21,388 bases of DNA from Seison nebaliae (lineage: Eukaryota): positions 310,001 to 331,388 of the forward strand of contig JALJEE010002436.1 of NCBI GenBank assembly GCA_023231475.1, given 5' to 3'. Below, in pieces: positions 20,718 through 21,388 of the stretch; position 1 is the first letter of the stretch, and each line of letters opens with the position of its first letter. Made by a program: the position numbers and the translations under genes. The notes beneath the pieces were generated by a model. The model was given only the letters and a program-made list of their open reading frames with translations. It made no database searches and had not been told where the DNA came from.

Positions 20718-21388
20718 TTATAGAAATCTTTTAATATAATGATAATATTGAATGACAAGAAAACAATTATTATTTGATTTAATTGATATATATTTGTAGA
20801 GAACCGATTGCACATTAAGTATAACAGGTTCCGAAGTAGCTTTCTGAATTTTCATAATTTTCATTTTCTGGTCAATGATTTGATAATTATATTTTTCAAC
20901 ACATAGTTCTTCCCCTACGATTTTCACGATTCTACCGATAAACAATTCCCCTTCAAAATTAAATTCAATAAACTCTTCTACGTTCATCACCAAATTAACA
21001 CCTTCATGTTTCGAGGTTCTTAAAATAGAGTTAAGTTGTTTCTTTTTGGATGATACAAGTCGTACCATATGATGGTGTCTTACAAATTGTTCTATCAATT
21101 TTGTACTACCTTGAATTTTTCTAGTAATTGTTCCTAAAAAGTTTTCAAACATGAACAAGGAACACGAACTCCAATTTCCAAAATTTTCTACATTCTTTAT
21201 CGTATGTCTAAGCAGATGAAAATTAAAGGAAAGAATATTTGGGAAATTATTTTCCAAAATTTCAATTATCTCAGAATAATATGATAGACATTCCTGAATT
21301 TTGTTTGTGTCATGGTCGTCTTCGATGTGTGGTTCTAATGTTCTTGCAATATGGCAGAAATTGATTAAGCATTTCATAACTCTTCTTT
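20718..21388 (-). mobile_element. CMC superfamily (CACTA/EnSpm-like) transposase, C-terminal part, 5'-truncated by the window edge
   Basis: Frame is open to the right edge (..RRVMKCL). SFNFHLLRHTIKNVENFGNWSSCSLFMFENFLGTITRKIQG matches the CMC signature N.H.L.H....V..FGP....S.F.FE.....L.....G (His at 21216-21218, presumed catalytic Glu at 21144-21146). A beta-rich tail follows (FIEFNFEGELFIGRIVKIV). No stops in the visible 223 codons. Confidence 0.82.

Overview
AT-rich eukaryotic (animal-type) genomic DNA with very short GT-AG introns and no prokaryotic features. (1) 1-12180 (+): 3' part of a giant titin/twitchin-family Ig/FN3 gene. One uninterrupted exon of >=11.9 kb (about 18 Ig and 20 FN3 domains by manual count) is followed by a 51-nt intron and a 200-nt last exon ending in an acidic tail; no kinase domain is seen. 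(2) 12620-14382 (-): a convergent multi-exon orphan gene, probably a type II membrane glycoprotein, rebuilt from four ORF-track fragments joined by 46-56-nt introns. (3) About 14.9-16.9 kb: TE debris, including a frameshifted non-LTR (LINE) reverse transcriptase relic that the ORF track hides, and a palindrome-rich block beginning TA-CCCCAG that resembles a DNA-transposon end. (4) 17149-19722 (-): an intronless 857-aa secreted orphan with internal repeats that switch from basic to acidic, an RKRR site and a Cys/His knuckle. (5) 20718->21388 (-): C-terminal part of a CMC (CACTA/EnSpm-like) transposase. The most interesting hypothesis is that about 16.26 kb to the right edge is one CMC element carrying the secreted gene as cargo; this cannot be proven because the other end lies outside the window. 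All calls come from manual reading; no searches were run and the species is not assigned.
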